This document shows positions 37,112-51,854 of a stretch of DNA of 64,000 nt, in pieces. This DNA comes from Octopus bimaculoides. Its lineage: Eukaryota. The notes under the pieces are model-generated. The model ran no database searches. It saw only the letters and a list, made by a program, of their open reading frames with translations, and had not been told where the DNA came from. Position 1 is the stretch's first letter. The number at the start of each line of letters is the position of its first letter. The stretch lies in the NCBI RefSeq assembly GCF_001194135.2, contig NC_068992.1:66512851-66576850 (forward strand). The letters run 5' to 3'. The position numbers and the translations under genes are program-made.

Positions 37112-39129
37112 GTAAGACAAGCTTTCTTTTGAGAATCTTCTCTGGACTTGCATTCATTGAATGAGATTTCATGAGTTTTTGTGTGAATACTTATTGTCTT
37201 TTAGACAAAAACTGAGTTGCATTTTATTTCAAATTAGGAGAATGTTCTAGAAATTCCTAATGTAACCTGCTCTGAAACGTTCCTCTCACCGAATGTCTCT
37301 AGAACCTTCATTGGTAGATTAGTTTGAATATAAACTTAGCCTTTTAAGATAGGATGTTTTGAGAAAGTTTTGACTGCTAATTTTAGCAGGTGTAACCTGG
37401 ACTTCCACACTGCATCCAGTGAAATAATGAATAATATAGTCCTTTATTGAGCAGAGGAATGGTATATCTGCAACAGCAGTACTGTGCTTCTTTTGTCATT
37501 TGACTGGCTTTTTACATGCCATACATTACATTAAATCAGAGCTGATCTAAATGCTGCTGCTACTACCACCACCAATGCCAATGACAGAAATACTTGGCTG
37601 ATCTTGAAGTAAACACCACCAACTTTTACAACTGACTTGTTTAACATGTGATGAAAGAAAAATTGAAGCAGTGACCATCCAGTTTTTTCTTCAGGCAGTG
37701 GAATACATTAACTAATAGTAGTTGTATGCTGTCAACTTGATGTTGACAGTCCCATGAAGGGAATAATACTACTGTTGGTTTGACCTAGGAAGCTGCACTG
37801 CTTTCTGTCGGCCTTGACACATTTCCTGTGTCCTTATGATGAAGAGCAAAGACTCAGAAACATGTCTGGATGCAGGCTTAGCTAGGTGGAGGTGCTTGTC
37901 TGTCTTTGGATTATTGGGGTTTATGTGTGTTTTATTTTACATTTGTTATTGTTTAGTTGTAAGGAAATCTGAGAGACAATACAATCATGATTATCCTTTT
38001 TGAATATTCAAGCCTATACATTATTCAGTATGTTACCCCACTTTGGTAGGTTGTGATGTGAAGGAGATTTTGCTTCTATTGTAGTAATTTTGACATGTCT
38101 GGTTGATTTGTTTTCTCTATTTATAGCAAATAAAGTCAAAAGTTGTTGTTGTTAAGGCAATTTCTAATGTTTTATGTTTGTTTGTTGTTGTGTGGGAACT
38201 ATTTGACATGGAGACTGAATTAGCTTTGTTTAATATTTCTTAGTTTTCTCTTATTGTTATTTTTAGTGAAACTTCATGTTGCCTTTCCTGTAATTCAGAG
38301 CTCTGACTAACCATTTATCTGTTTATGTGAATAAATATTTGTTCATTGTTTTGCTGCTGAGAATTTGTATTTATGTGGTAATTTGAAGAGGCGTCAAAAT
38401 GTCCATAGTCGTCTTAGGTTGTTCTCCATTAACAACTTGTGAGATGGTGTGCACTTGGTGTAGCCATAGTCATTTTAGACACCCCCAAGGATAACAAGTG
38501 GAGGGCAGTCACTGTCCAGTTGATTTGTTTCAAATGTGAACAGGAAGTCAGTATGTGAGGGACAAGCTTCCTACAGGCTGTGTGTGTGTGTTTGAAATTA
38601 CATTATTAGCACAACATATTTTGTTGTGTGTATTTTCATTTGTTGAATTATGTGAATAAATTTGTCATCCGATGTGACATTTTACGAAAATAAGATATTT
38701 TATTCCCAAGTTAGTTTCTTCTTGTCTATTTTTTTTTTTTTAATGACAAGATTAAAGTAAATATTTTACAAACAGTAAATGATAATAGCCAGAGTTGGTG
38801 ACTTTTTCATTGAACTTCATATTGTCCCTTAGTCAGTGTCGAGTTAAATAGACATAAAATGATAATGTGTCCTTTTCAGTCGACAATTGTTGTTTATTGT
38901 TGATTTACTCGACTGAATGTCAATGTAATTCTTTCTAGTGAAACTGTTAGAATATGAGCCAACACTGGTGAATGCAATCACAAGGCAACATGAAATTTCA
39001 CTAAAAATAACAACGTCAGTAAATTGTCTCGTGTTGTCTGTTAAACCTTTCTCAGCAAAGAGTTCAGCTTCATTATGATGAAACGAAAAGAAAGAAAAAA
39101 AAAACTGAAGGCAGACAAAATGACGATGG

Positions 39130-39481
39130 GTTTACCTTTTCTCTTTTACTTGTTTCAGTCATTAGACTGCAGCCATGCTGGAGCACTGCCTTGAACAATT
39201 TTTAGTCAAGTGAATTGACTCTAATACTTTTATTTTATTAAGGCTGGTACTTATTCTATTGGGCACTTTTGCTGAGCCACTAAGTTCCAGTACAGGGATG
39301 TAAACACACCAACCCAGGTTGTCATGCAGGTTTCTTTCAGTTTCTGTCTATCAAATGCAATCACAAGGCTTTGGTTGATCCAAGGCTACAGTAGAAGACT
39401 CTTCCCCAATGTGCCACACTGGGGGACTGAACCTGGAACCATGTGGTTGGGGAGCAAGCTCACCACGCAGCCATATCTGCA
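39130..39481 (-). mobile_element. Near full-length tRNA-derived SINE (family A)
   Basis: Reverse complement begins gtgcagatatggctgcgtggtgag (A-box-like) ... ccaggttcagtccc (B-box-like) and ends ...ctgaaacaagtaaaagagaaaag. Confidence 0.8.
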
Positions 39482-41450
39482 CTGAATTTCTTAATGTATA
39501 TTTTGTTAATGGCAAGAATAAATTTTAATTTTTGTGCACTTCCTTGAATTGAGGGAATGTTTTTTCTTTCATACACTTCTTTAATTTTGGGTGTTTTTAA
39601 CAGACGGAGCATAATTGCTTTTTAATTACTTCTGTTCAGCCACCGGGGAAAAAACACACACACACACGCACGCACGCACGCACACACGCACACACGTAAC
39701 TATTGCATGTAGATGTCCATATATACACTTTCATATGTACATTTACATATAATGCACATGTTTAAGCATATACATGTATATGCATAAAATTGCATCTATT
39801 TTGTGTATATGAACACATTTATGCATACATATGTACACATACAAACTTGTGTCTATCTTGTGTGTGTATAAACTTCAGTTGTCCTTGCAAGGATTTCCTG
39901 AGTTAAAACCTTTAAAAAAACAAAAAACAAAAGTGGTTTAACAGGGTTTACGTAAGATCTTTCTACTCTTGATTATATAATGTCACAAGAGTTAAGAATA
40001 ATTTTTCATAAAGTTGCATTGCTTCATTCTCTATTTACATACCATCTATAGCTTGGGTGTTAAGTAGATGAATTCTTCAGAGGAAGTCACATGCAAAATG
40101 TAATCATTTTGTATGCAGTGAGTGTAATTTATAATTATGTATAGCTGCATATGCATATGTGTTTATACATGCATATATATGTGTGTTTATACATACACAC
40201 ATTCATAGATTTATAAGAAATTAATGGATTAGAATTTAATAAGTATTTCAGTGGTTGTTTTGAACAAGGCTTCATTTATTCTTCATGTTTTTCTGAATCC
40301 AAACCAAGTTGAGTAAAATAGATGGTGCAATCCTATTGATTGAATCAATTAGCACAGTTAAAGTCTAGATTCTATTGCAATTCCTGAGACAGAAAGCTAC
40401 CAAGTATAGTCTTTCTCCTTAGGAAAATGTCTTTCTCTTTCTCTCTGTCCTAAGACAAGATTCTTATCTGTAGTGAAGCTATTTGGTTTGTGCATCCTAT
40501 GGCAATAGATGCCGATCTATTATTACAAGAATTCTCTTATTATGCATGGTCCATTGAACAAAAAAACAAGGCTTGATAATTGGATAGCCAACTTGGTTCA
40601 AATTAATTCCCTTCTGCATGCTGTTGCTAATATTGTGGTAAGTTAAGAGAAAATGAAGTTAACATCATCATATCTATATAGAGCACCATTTTCTACTACT
40701 AGAGAACTGATAAATGTATTATAAATTCTTCTTTATCTCTCTCTGTCTTGTATTCTTTTTATTCTGTTTAATCAATACATTTTATGGATTAATAAATTGT
40801 GCTCAAGTAAAAGCTTCATTTTTCTATTTTTGATGTTAATATATGATTAGATGGAAAGGATTGTCTGGCTATCAATGTTTCTGCTCAGTCCTTTTACCAA
40901 ATGTAACATCTGAGTGTATTTATAGGTTGCCGTCAGTTCATTGATGTAGCTCAGCTGCTGCTGTTTTTTCATCAGAATTATTGTAATTGTACAGTTTGGA
41001 TGCTGCTATTGTAACAGACCCCCCCCCCCATAGTGTTTTTAAGGGGAAGGGCAGTATTGCTTGTGATTCTAGTCTTTCCTAAACTAGTGGGTCGTAATAA
41101 TGATGGTGTTTTACATAGGATCTGAAAAATTCGGGGAAGGTTGCTCGTTGATCACATTAACCCCACCACTTGACTTCTACTTTATTTTGTTGACTCTAAA
41201 AGGGCAAATGGCAAAGTTGATCTCAGCATAATTTGGACTCACAAATATAAAGAACCAGAAGAAATGCCACTAAACATTTGGTTTGATGCATTGATTCTGT
41301 CAGCTTGTTACTATAATAATAATAATAACAATTAAAGAGAGTTTAATGTCCTTAATATTCAATTCAAACTCACACTCTTGCATAGCTATGGAGTTAAGAG
41401 TTTCACTTTCACTGTTTTCATGTTTGGTTCTACAGCACAGCACCTTGATC

Positions 41451-41932
41451 AAATGTCTTTTGCTTCACCCTCAGCGTGACACTTTGGCCAAATGTCTTTT
41501 GCTTCACCCTCAGCGTGACACTTTGGCCAAATGTCTTTTGCTTCACCCTCAGCGTGACACTTTGGCCAAATGTNNNNNNNNNNNNNNNNNNNNNNNNNNN
41601 NNNNNNNNNNNNNNNNNNNNNNNNNNNNNNNNNNNNNNNNNNNNNNNNNNNNNNNNNNNNNNNNNNNNNNNNNNNNNNNNNNNNNNNNNNNNNNNNNNNN
41701 NNNNNNNNNNNNNNNNNNNNNNNNNNNNNNNNNNNNNNNNNNNNNNNNNNNNNNNNNNNNNNNTGTCTTTTGCTTCACCCTCAGCGTGACACTTTGGCCA
41801 AATGTCTTTTGCTTCACCCTCAGCGTGACACTTTGGCCAAATGTCTTTTGCTTCACCCTCAGCGTGACACTTTGGCCAAATGTCTTTGCCATAACCTCAG
41901 GTCAAATGTCTTTGCCATAACCTCAGGTCAAA
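41451..41932. repeat. 39-bp minisatellite (spanning a gap) ending in two 26-bp variant units
   Basis: Unit aaatgtcttttgcttcaccctcagcgtgacactttggcc at 41451, 41490, 41529..., resuming after the gap 41574-41763. Final units aaatgtctttgccataacctcaggtc at 41878 and 41904. Confidence 0.95.
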
Positions 41933-44634
41933 CAAAACTTTCTAAATGGAATTTGGTTGACAGGAATTGTGTGGAAGTCCACTGAATGGACTGTTCTTGT
42001 TCTTGGGTTGTAGACTTAATCCATTGTCCAGTTTTAATACAACCACTTGACCCTTAGGATGTCTTTAAAGTCCATTGAAAGTTGAATTCGGTTTGCTGTC
42101 ACCTAATGATTGAGTAGTGTCTTAGTGTAATTGTTGATGAGTTGTGTACCATGTCAGCAAGTGTACTCTATTTACTTTCTACCTAGTTGACAGATGTACT
42201 CTATTACAATGAAGCGTGAGAAACTTGACAATTCTGGTGCAGTTTTGGCTATGAAGTTTCCAGAAATAGAGGTTTTGAACTGTATATTTACAAGTCCAGA
42301 CATAAGGATTGTAGTTTTGTTTCTTTCTGATGGATATTATAACTGAACTTTGCTGCTTTTTAAGTTTAGATTCTCAGAACCAACCAGTTCTCTTTAATAT
42401 CTGGAGGCATCACTTGAAATGCTTTTTTTTTTTTTACCCAAAATGGCTTGAGTTTCTAACTTTTTTTCTTGGCATGCTGTGTTTAATTAAAATAAAGTAA
42501 TAATTGTTAGCTGTTGATTAGTCACAGGTCAGTCTTCTTTGAGCTGATCTATGATCAGCGGTGTATGGTTTGAAGGAGATTTGGAAGCTATTTCTAGAAC
42601 ACATAGCTACATGCATTGGCTAGTAGAGTGCCATATTTATGGCTGGAATAAATCTTAGAAAATTGAAGACAATCATTAGTTTTTATTGGAGCTTTCTCTA
42701 ATCTCTGAAGATTACAGGATGATGAGAAAGTCTTACTTTAGCTCTTGTGTATTTGCTTAAGGCACGTTCATATAATTTTGCTTGTTCCATTTAACAGGGG
42801 TTCCACTCCTACTTCACAGTTGAGTGGTTAGTGAAGGAAAAGATATTCTACTGTATAAACAATTGCACAAGCAACAATATAACATAAAAAATTTATAAAG
42901 AAACAGAGAGAAGACTAGCTTTGGGAACCTTTTGTTCACATAACATAAAATAGCTGAGATTGGGAGTCGGCATGCTGTTATCTGATTCCCTAATGTAGTA
43001 GGCCCCAAAAAAGGCTCTGCTCACAAGTCTTACCCCCTCTCTGATTTATAAATAAAATATTACAATATATTTATTGTAGTAACTGACATTGAAGGATAAC
43101 AGCCTCTACCATTGCTGTTTGGTAGTGAAATATTAACTTTCTGTCTACATTACTGTATTGATTTGTTTTTGATTAGGTACAATGTTTCAGCTGAAAGGAG
43201 CAGGGAACTGGGGGTTTAATATAATAATATCTCCCAAATAGTACTACTTGTGGCATAAACTGAAGTGGTAAGGGCTACATTTTAGGAGTGAAAAGTGGGT
43301 CACCTGACTCAGTGTGTTGGGATTTTACATCACAGCACTTGTAAATGGTAGAGTAAATATTTGCTTTTCTGAAATAGATCCTCACATTTTATTACATCAT
43401 TTCATCTGGAATAACTTCTGTCTTAACCCTTTCAATATGAATACCTTTACATTGATGATGCATTTTATATTAAAAGAAAATGGAACTAATTTTATGGGAT
43501 TTAAAAGAAAAAAACCCAGAATGTACATAATTTAAAATCCTGTGAAAATAAATGATTGCAAATCTCATTTCATATACATAATTTCCTGACCATTTCAATA
43601 TCTTCAGTTATCATAAGGAGAAGGAAGAATCTAACTTTTCAGAATGCTGCCATTCCTCTTAGAAAAACAATGTAAAGTGTTACACAACCAAAGTGAAAAA
43701 TAGAACCACTTTCTGTACGTGGTGAAGGGCTACAGCTCCTGACCCATTATTTACCTTTCCCATCAATTAAAACTTAACAAAACTCTTCTATGAACTATTG
43801 TTGATGTGACAGACTACTTCACAGATTTTTACCTGACCTCATTTGTCAAGTTTCAGCATACATCTGCCCCTATATGTGCAGGCTTGAGGAACGCTAGTAG
43901 TCATCCATTCATGCCAGTCTCTCCTCTCCATGCCACCAGTATTTTTCCAAGGGAATGGCCACCAACTTTGCTGAAAACAGCTTGGCACTGGTGTTGTCAC
44001 AGATGTTGCTGTAAGAATACAAAGAACCAGAACAACTGCCACAAGATAATCTCACATGACCCTCCCACAGCTCTGACAATCCACTGCCCTGTATTCCATC
44101 TTATTGACACCAGAGGGACAAAAGGAGTAGTTGGTCTCAATGGAATTTGAACACAGATCCACTGACACATTCTATCCAGCACTCTTACAACTGCCAATTA
44201 AATCTTGCTCTACCCCATTCACCAGAATTTGGGATTCCATTTTTTTTTTAACACAAAAGGGCCAACTCAAGAAGATTAGTCTTTTATAAAGGCCTGAAGT
44301 GCTTCTTCTGCAGTGTTACCTGTAGACTGACACTTGTAGCCAGAATTAAAAAAAAAACTAATTTATTAGGGTTGATTTGTATTCTTGTTTGTTTATAATT
44401 TTTTTGCTTCTTACAATATCTGAGATGAAGTATTGACTTGTTGAAGTTTGCTGCTGCTGCTACTAATAGTGGTACCACCACTAGTATTAGTAGTAGTATT
44501 ACAGCTGCTGCTGTTAAACTTCAGTTTTTACAACAGAACCAAAATGTTTTAAATCAAATATTATTATTGCAATCTCATTTGTTTATTTAGATGATAATTA
44601 AATCCAAATGGGATGGATTTCTCCCTCTCTCTGT

Positions 44635-44686
<52 letters not shown>

Positions 44687-44867
44687 AAAGCATATTCTTT
44701 TTTTTTTTTTGTTCTTTTACTGTATGCCCCAACTAATCTATAAGTTAGAGTGACAGATCTAATTTAGTTATTGTAGTCTGTTTTAATTATGCGGATTACT
44801 GAAGCTGGTCACCTCAGGGGAAAGCAGTTCCATTGTGACTGTTTCTCAGCATAGAAAAAAAAGCTCC

Positions 44868-44881
44868 CCTCTCTCTCTCTT

Positions 44882-44912
<31 letters not shown>

Positions 44913-45000
44913 TTCTNNNNNNNNNNNNNNNNNNNNNNNNNNNNNNNNNNNNNNNNNNNNNNNNNNNNNNNNNNNNNNNNNNNNNNNNNNNNNNNNNNNN

Positions 45001-45035
<35 letters not shown>
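44868..45035. repeat. (CT)n microsatellite spanning an assembly gap
   Basis: Direct reading; gap 44917-45000; another (CT)n at ~44641-44682. Confidence 0.9.
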
Positions 45036-45036
<1 letters not shown>

Positions 45037-46605
45037 CCCCTCCTCAGCTGATTACTTTTATTAGAGTTGTTTCTACAACAACAACCCAAATGTGACACCA
45101 GCTTGATTGCTTGATGTCAGGAGCAGTGAAAGGAAGGGAGGTTGAGGCTGTAGAATTGTATCAGCAGTTGTGTTGAACCCTAGGTCATTCCTGATCAAGA
45201 TGCTCAAGCGCAGTCCAGCTGAATCTTTCCATTCTGCAATAATGGATTCAAGGTTTGCATTGTCTCCAATACTCTGGTATTGACAGAGTATTGGCTGTTG
45301 TTTTACGTTGCTCGTTACAATGTGCTTCACGTTGTTTTAGCCCTTATCTAACATATCCTCTGTTACTTTCGTGACAATAGGATGTGATTTCAGGGTAATT
45401 GTGACCCTTATTTCTAGCAAGGTTGAATGAAATGTTGTAGAGAAGTTGGTTCTTAACATTAGTCTGTAGCATCCCCTTGAGAGTGGTGTTGTGGGCTCAC
45501 AAGAGGGCAGCAAGTGTCAGAAGGAGCTGCTCTGGGGTGGTGCTAGGTGTTTTGAGGGCCATGATTTCTTTCAAAAATAAATAATTTTGTATTTCTTTTT
45601 CAATTTTTCGTATTCTTCATGAATTGATAGAATCATTAGATAGTTGAACAAAAATGCTGTTGCCTTTAGTGCTTAGCCTTTTGTAGCACTCAAATATTGG
45701 GGGGAAATCTAATTTATTTCCCCACTCCCCACTACATTTCTGGCCTTGTGTCTAAGGAGGAGATTCTTATTTAAAAAAAGAAAGCCAAAAAAAGAACTTG
45801 CTTCCAAAATCCAAATGCCATCCTATAACTCCTAGCACTCTTGACTTCTGGTTCTTGGAAATGTATGAAAGAAATCCCCTCTTCCGTGTAATGACTGAGT
45901 GCGTGAAAGAGAAAGTGAGAGTTGTTATGTCAACCTTCTGGTTGCACGTTTAATGCCCCTTCCTTTTTCAAAATTGATTTTCAAGAGATCTTCCAATTAT
46001 TTTTCTTAGGTTGAATTTATAATATTTTGATTGATTTTTGTAAAAAAAAAAAAAGAAGACTTAGCTCTACAATATCTTGTTCACATGTCTCTGCAGTGTT
46101 CAGCAACAAAATAGGAGTATTGACTTGTAACATTGCCGATTCATACTGCAGCAAAGCTAAGACGAAATATGCAGTGAATTATGAAATGCTGCAAAGATGA
46201 GATTGTTGCAAACAGGTTGAAAGTGGTTTATGTGTGTGTATTTGGGATTGTTTTACTGCTTTGATGTTTTGAAAGCAGTCAAACTTTTTACTTTTTATTC
46301 AAACTCACCAGAGATAGGATATTTTAGCATTCACGTTTCTTGGTCAAATGTGTTGCCTATTTATTTACATTGATTTGAATTAACCACGCATTATTTTGTA
46401 GCTTCAAGATTTCAACGGTGTGTTTGCATATTTTTAGAATGACATTGTAGGGTAGGTGTGAGCGGTTGGATCTGGTCAGTTTGAGATGCATCTGGGTTTG
46501 TATGTATGTATATTTCTCTGTGTCTTAGTTTGTGTGCATTGTTTTATTTTAATATGAAAGATGTAAATATATCAAAGTAACTGTTATCTGTTTCAATTAT
46601 TGAAG

Positions 46606-46758
46606 GTGCAAGTTGCCATAAAGTGTTTGAGCCGGGATCGTATGCAAAATGGAGTGGCAGAATTTCTGAAGGAGGCTAACATTATGCAAACTATCGACCA
46701 TGAGAACATTGTGCGAATGTTTGGAGTAGTCTTGGACAAAGAAAGCTCTCTCATGTTG
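46606..46758 (+). CDS. Ack-like: Ack-like kinase exon: VAIK and alphaC (VQVAIKCLSRDRMQNGVAEFLKEANIMQTIDHENIVRMFGVVLDKESSLML)
   Basis: AG acceptor at 46604-46605, TTG|GTAAGT donor, 153 nt, phase 0/0, tyrosine kinase subdomains II-IV. Not shown in the + ORF track because it has no start codon. Confidence 0.95.
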
Positions 46759-46897
46759 GTAAGTTGACATTTCATTATCTATTTTGAAATTCTGAATTTT
46801 TTTTTCCACCCTTTTGTTTATTTCTTGTCTTAGGTTGTCTATTTTTGTAAAGTTGACCTTGTAATATCATTTCTAATTGAAATAAACAATCAGCCAG

Positions 46898-46898
<1 letters not shown>

Positions 46899-46943
<45 letters not shown>

Positions 46944-47088
46944 NNNNNNNNNNNNNNNNNNNNNNNNNNNNNNNNNNNNNNNNNNNNNNNNNNNNNNNNN
47001 NNNNNNNNNNNNNNNNNNNNNNNNNNNNNNNNNNNNNNNNNNNNNNNNNNNNNNNNNNNNNNNNNNNNNNNNNNNNNNNNNNNNNNNN

Positions 47089-47123
<35 letters not shown>
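46899..47123. repeat. (CA)n microsatellite spanning an assembly gap
   Basis: Direct reading; gap 46944-47088; another long (CA)n at ~52785-52857. Confidence 0.9.
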
Positions 47124-47125
<2 letters not shown>

Positions 47126-48427
47126 ATATGCTAGCTCAAACAGTTCATAAATTACTTGAAATGATAGAGAGCCAAAGCCATACTGTCCAAGTATTCCCAA
47201 TCCCCCTTTTAAACCTTCTTTCTTAAATATCTATCTGAACTCTATTCTGTATAGAGATGTTCTAGAAAAGTTTGCATGTACACTGAAGAGTACATCTCTG
47301 TGCTTTTCCTGACTTAAAGATTTTGCAGTGTGTGAGGTCATTGAGGATTTCAGGTTCATTTAGTGTACTACTTGTCTTGAGTATCTGTCTGATTCTTTTA
47401 GAAGAATTTCCATTATTAAATGTTCAATCTTATAGATACTAATGCAAAATAATTTACTCAAAACTCACTTCATATTTTGATTTTGAAAGGAGTTGAATAT
47501 CTTCTCCAAAACTTTCTGCCTCCTTGCCAATATTTATTTCCTTCTTCTATGGAAATCTCTAATTGTATTTGATACAATGCAAAGCAGAATTCCTCTCTAG
47601 CTAATTATTTCTTTATCTGCTTCCACTCAGTCTTTTATTTATTTTTTGTTATATTGATTGGTGGAGATTCTTCTACTTCTGACTTTGTGTTGATTACATT
47701 TCTTGGACTAAACATTGATTATTTAGGATTTCCCCTCACCTTTAGCTACTTCTTCAGAGAGCTCTCTACAGTAATTCCTTTTTCTGAAATAACCATCATC
47801 ATTTTGGAAAATACAACACTGTTCTTTCTGAGAACTTGCAAAATGATACACGTTTGTGAACACTAATAAAATACTGTTTCTTGATATGGTATAAATTGTG
47901 TGTGTGTGAATGTATATATACACACACATGCATGGACAGAGAGAAAGAGCACAAATATAGGAGATATCTAATATGTTTGTTAAAGAGTTATCTCTTAAAA
48001 TGTGACATAAATAAGAAATTAAATAAATTTCCTCTTACAAAATTCTCTTGCTGATAAAGAGAAATAAAAATTTGTTATAATTAGGAGATAAAATGTAGAA
48101 AAATAGCAAAAATTGTAGATTCTGTGATGAGTTTGTTGTTTTCTTTTTCTTTTTTTTTTGCGATTGTGCTTTCTTCAAGATAAAGGTTATATAAGCTAAG
48201 AATTTTTAGGTTTTTTTTTTTTTAAACATATGAGTTTCTAGTTTTCTAGAATGTCATGTGGAAAGATTAGTTTATATTGAAATATTGAAGATAAACTAGG
48301 TTTGGTTAGTACTGAGATGGCTGACTTGTTTAGAAACCCAAGAACTGCAAGGATGCTCCTATATTTGTGGTTCAAGTGCTGATCATTACATGGTTGTCTT
48401 TTAAAACCTTACTAAAGCATTGGATTG

Positions 48428-48843
48428 GTGATGTGATATAGCTGAGTGATTAAGAAGTCTACTTTGCAATCACAGAGTTCCAGGTTTGATCCCACTGTAT
48501 GATATTTTGGGCAAGTGTCATTTTTCATAGCCTTAGACTGACCCATACTTTGTGAGTGAAATAGGTGTTGATGGAAACTGTATGGAATCTTGTTGAGTGC
48601 ATTTTAACTGTAATGTGAAGGGTATATCTTTGTCACCCCATTGTTTATGCGGTGCTTGAGAATTGTATTAAAGGTACTGAGTAATCCTGCCGGTGATGGT
48701 GCCGTGTAAAAAGCTCCCAGTCCACTCTGTAAAGTGGTTGGCATTAGGAAGGGCACCCAGCTGTTGAAGCTATGCCAAATGGAGCCTAGTGCTGCTCTAA
48801 GGCTTGTACCCATGCTAGCATGAAAAGCAGATGTTAAATGATG
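48428..48843 (+). mobile_element. SINE with family-A tRNA head and family-B 3' end
   Basis: Head tatagctgagtgattaagaag...ccaggtttgatccc; 3' part gtggttggcattaggaagggca...ccatgctagcatgaaaagcagatgttaaatgatg. Confidence 0.75.
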
Positions 48844-51102
48844 TACATGTGTTTGTGGAATACTCAGCTACTGGCGTGTCAATTCAAAAGAGAAATTAGT
48901 TGATGGAGAAACCGAATGCTCATCATTGAACAACAGACACCAACTGTAATATTGGATTGTGTGGGTCTACATATTGAAAGCCTTAGGTGTAAACTATGAT
49001 ATGAAATGTGTAGGTGTGTGTGGGTGGGTAGAATAAATCATTAGAATGGGGAAATGGACTCAATCACATGAACTAATTATCATAATTTAGAGTTGGTGTT
49101 AATTAATTTTGTCTTGTGTGTCTTTGATTTTGTTCTTAGTTCTTACCATACAGTTCTTCATTTAATTATTTTGTCTTGTGAAAACTTGAAGGAAAACAGT
49201 TTTTTTAACACAAACTTTTTGAGTTACTGTCATTTTTAAAAAAAAAGAAAAAAACCCAAATAAAACACTTTCTTCTATAGAGTATTCAGTTAAGACTGGT
49301 CTAATTGGTCTAATTGGTCTAATTGTGGTGAGAATTATTGCCTTCTTCAGTGTTTGTTACATTCCACATTGAAATTGTTTTCTTTGAGAACAGTGCAGTT
49401 TGTGGAGAAATTCTACACTTCTTCTCATTGGCCATGTCTATGTGCTAATTCTATGTATATTCGAGCCAGAGTTGTTTTCTTAGTAATCTATTGTACATTT
49501 CTGGTATAAGAGTCTTGTGGTGAAGTGGGGGGGCATTGATATGTGAAATATAGCTTGTTAGGTGAGCGCTGTCCCTTCCCCCATTTTTGAATTAAATTTG
49601 TTTGTACCTTTGGTTTCTTTTCCGTGACCTGTCTGTTTACTGTCTCTTGACTTTCTCATGACTTGATTCTTATGTTTAATTAGCAACTTATGAACTTTTT
49701 AATGGTAGATTATTTTGTCTGAGAGAGAGAGAGAGAGAGAGAGAAAGAAAGAAAGAAAATGAGATGTTTTATTTTCTGTTTTCATTTGTCTCCATGGAAT
49801 TACACAGAAGCAACACACATTTTCATTTCCCTTTTAAGGATGACAGCTACCTAAGGGGGGTTTGTTAGGGGGAAGTTGTTTGTAATGGGTTGTTTTATTA
49901 CAGCAGCAATGTGATCTAAAATATATTTTCTTTGCTTATAATGGAGCAACAGGGAAAGCTATATAGGATTCAGGCATCAAGTCGATTTGTCTGCCTTACA
50001 TTATTAACCCTGTTCATGTTACCTGCAGCTAATGTGCAGCAGGTTTTTTCTTCTTCTTTCCCTCCCTTTTTTTAATGTTTTAATTTTTTTCTTTTACATG
50101 TTTAGTTAAAATTAGTTGATATTGAAAGAATTTTTTTTTCACTGGTTTGGACATGAGCAGTGTCATATCTAATCTGTATCATTATCTGAAGCTGTTAATG
50201 ATCTTAGTGGTGTGTAACAAGTCATGGTCCGATAACATCCAATTATTTCAGCCAATTTGACATTTGAAAAATACTCTTTACATTTAAACCAGCCATATCT
50301 GGTCAAGATATTTTACCTGTTTTATGTTCATGCTGGCAGTGCCCCAGCATGGCCACAGCCTCAGGGCTGAAACATACACTAACTGGATCCAGCCTCTCAC
50401 ACCTACCTTACAATGTCACATTCAACAGAGTGATCTGCTAAAGGCTTAAAGAATCTACGTTTTTCCGATGAATCTCTTTCTTCTGTAATTCTCACCGAAC
50501 TGAATGTCTGCACTCTCTTTTATAAAACTAACTGGATTATACTATTATATACTGATACTACTCTCTGGGCTTAGTTAGTAACAACTATCTATTGAGTAAA
50601 CTATTTTCCTCCTCCTCCTCTTCACACTTAAAGAGTGTAACAACCAATGATATCACCATCATCATAACCAAAGAATAACTGAAACTCAACTGAGATTATA
50701 AAGTGTTTTTTTTTATTTTACAAAATTTATATTTTTGTTTTTACATGTTACATTCTGTACTTGAGATTTTTTTTAATGCTCTAAGTTAAAACACGGTAAA
50801 ATTTATATCTAATTAATGAAATATAACCCAATCTATTAGAATTCATATGGCTGTTTCTATCTCTCTTTCTAAGCAGTTGTGAAGAGAATTTTTGCTTTCA
50901 TGTAGAACTGAAGAAGTATTTTCAAAGTTAGATATAAATAGGTTCAGTACAAGAAACAAGAGAGCAATGTTTAAATGGCTGAGGACTTGTAGTCAACAGT
51001 TGATTCAATATATTTTACACTTTTACAGTAAAGATGATGTTGGGTGAAAATGTGTTGAGCTCCAAGTTGATAAAGTAATCTTTCAGCCTGCCCCAACTGC
51101 TG

Positions 51103-51146
<44 letters not shown>

Positions 51147-51662
51147 GTACAGTGTTAACCTGTATTTGAAATGAATTAGAATCCTTTTCCTACACAGCCA
51201 TCCTATATACATGTTTACTGAATAATTCAATTGCATTAATGTTTTCTTTCAATCCACTCTTCTGCTCCAGTTAGATAAATTAAAAGCAATAAAACAAAGC
51301 AAACAGAAAAAAAATTGTGCTTGTACTTTTTTCTTTATGTCTGCTCTCTTTCTCCAGAAATATATCATGATTTTCTCCTTTAAATACAAAACTTAACCCA
51401 GCTGGGTTTATGTAAATCCCATAGAAACAACTTGAAATTTTCTTTCTTTCTTTCTTTTATTTCTTCTTTCCTTTCTTTCTCTCTCTCTCTCTCTCGTTTT
51501 TTTCCCTTTTTCTTTCCTCCTTCCTTTCTTTTTTTTCTTTCTCTCTTCCATCCATCCATGGGTTGGCCCCCATGGATAGGATTGATATTTTTGATTTTCT
51601 GATTAGTTTTCTCCATGTGCCATGCTTCCAAATTTTTAACTATTTTTATCTGTCTAATCTAG

Positions 51663-51854
51663 GTAACAGAATTAGCACCAATGCGTTCATTACTCGAGTG
51701 TCTCAAAGAACCTTCTCTACGTTTGGATTTTCCTGTTTTGCGACTTTGTGACTTTTCCCAGCAAATCTGTGATGGAATGGCATATTTAGAAAGCAAACGT
51801 CTCATTCACAGAGATCTAGCAGCGCGCAACATTTTGGTGTTTAGCAAGAACAAG
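51663..51854 (+). CDS. Ack-like: Ack-like kinase exon: hinge and catalytic loop ([17 protein letters not shown]...[17 protein letters not shown])
   Basis: HRDLAARN tyrosine-kinase signature. The [10 protein letters not shown] hinge is typical of the Ack-like/PR2 subfamily (recalled family knowledge). 192 nt, phase 0/0, AAG|GTAAGC donor. Confidence 0.97.

Noticed and set aside
41346-41985. Repetitive ORFs in several frames (CLLLHPQRDTLAK etc.)
   Set aside because: Artefact of a 39-bp unit and an N gap.
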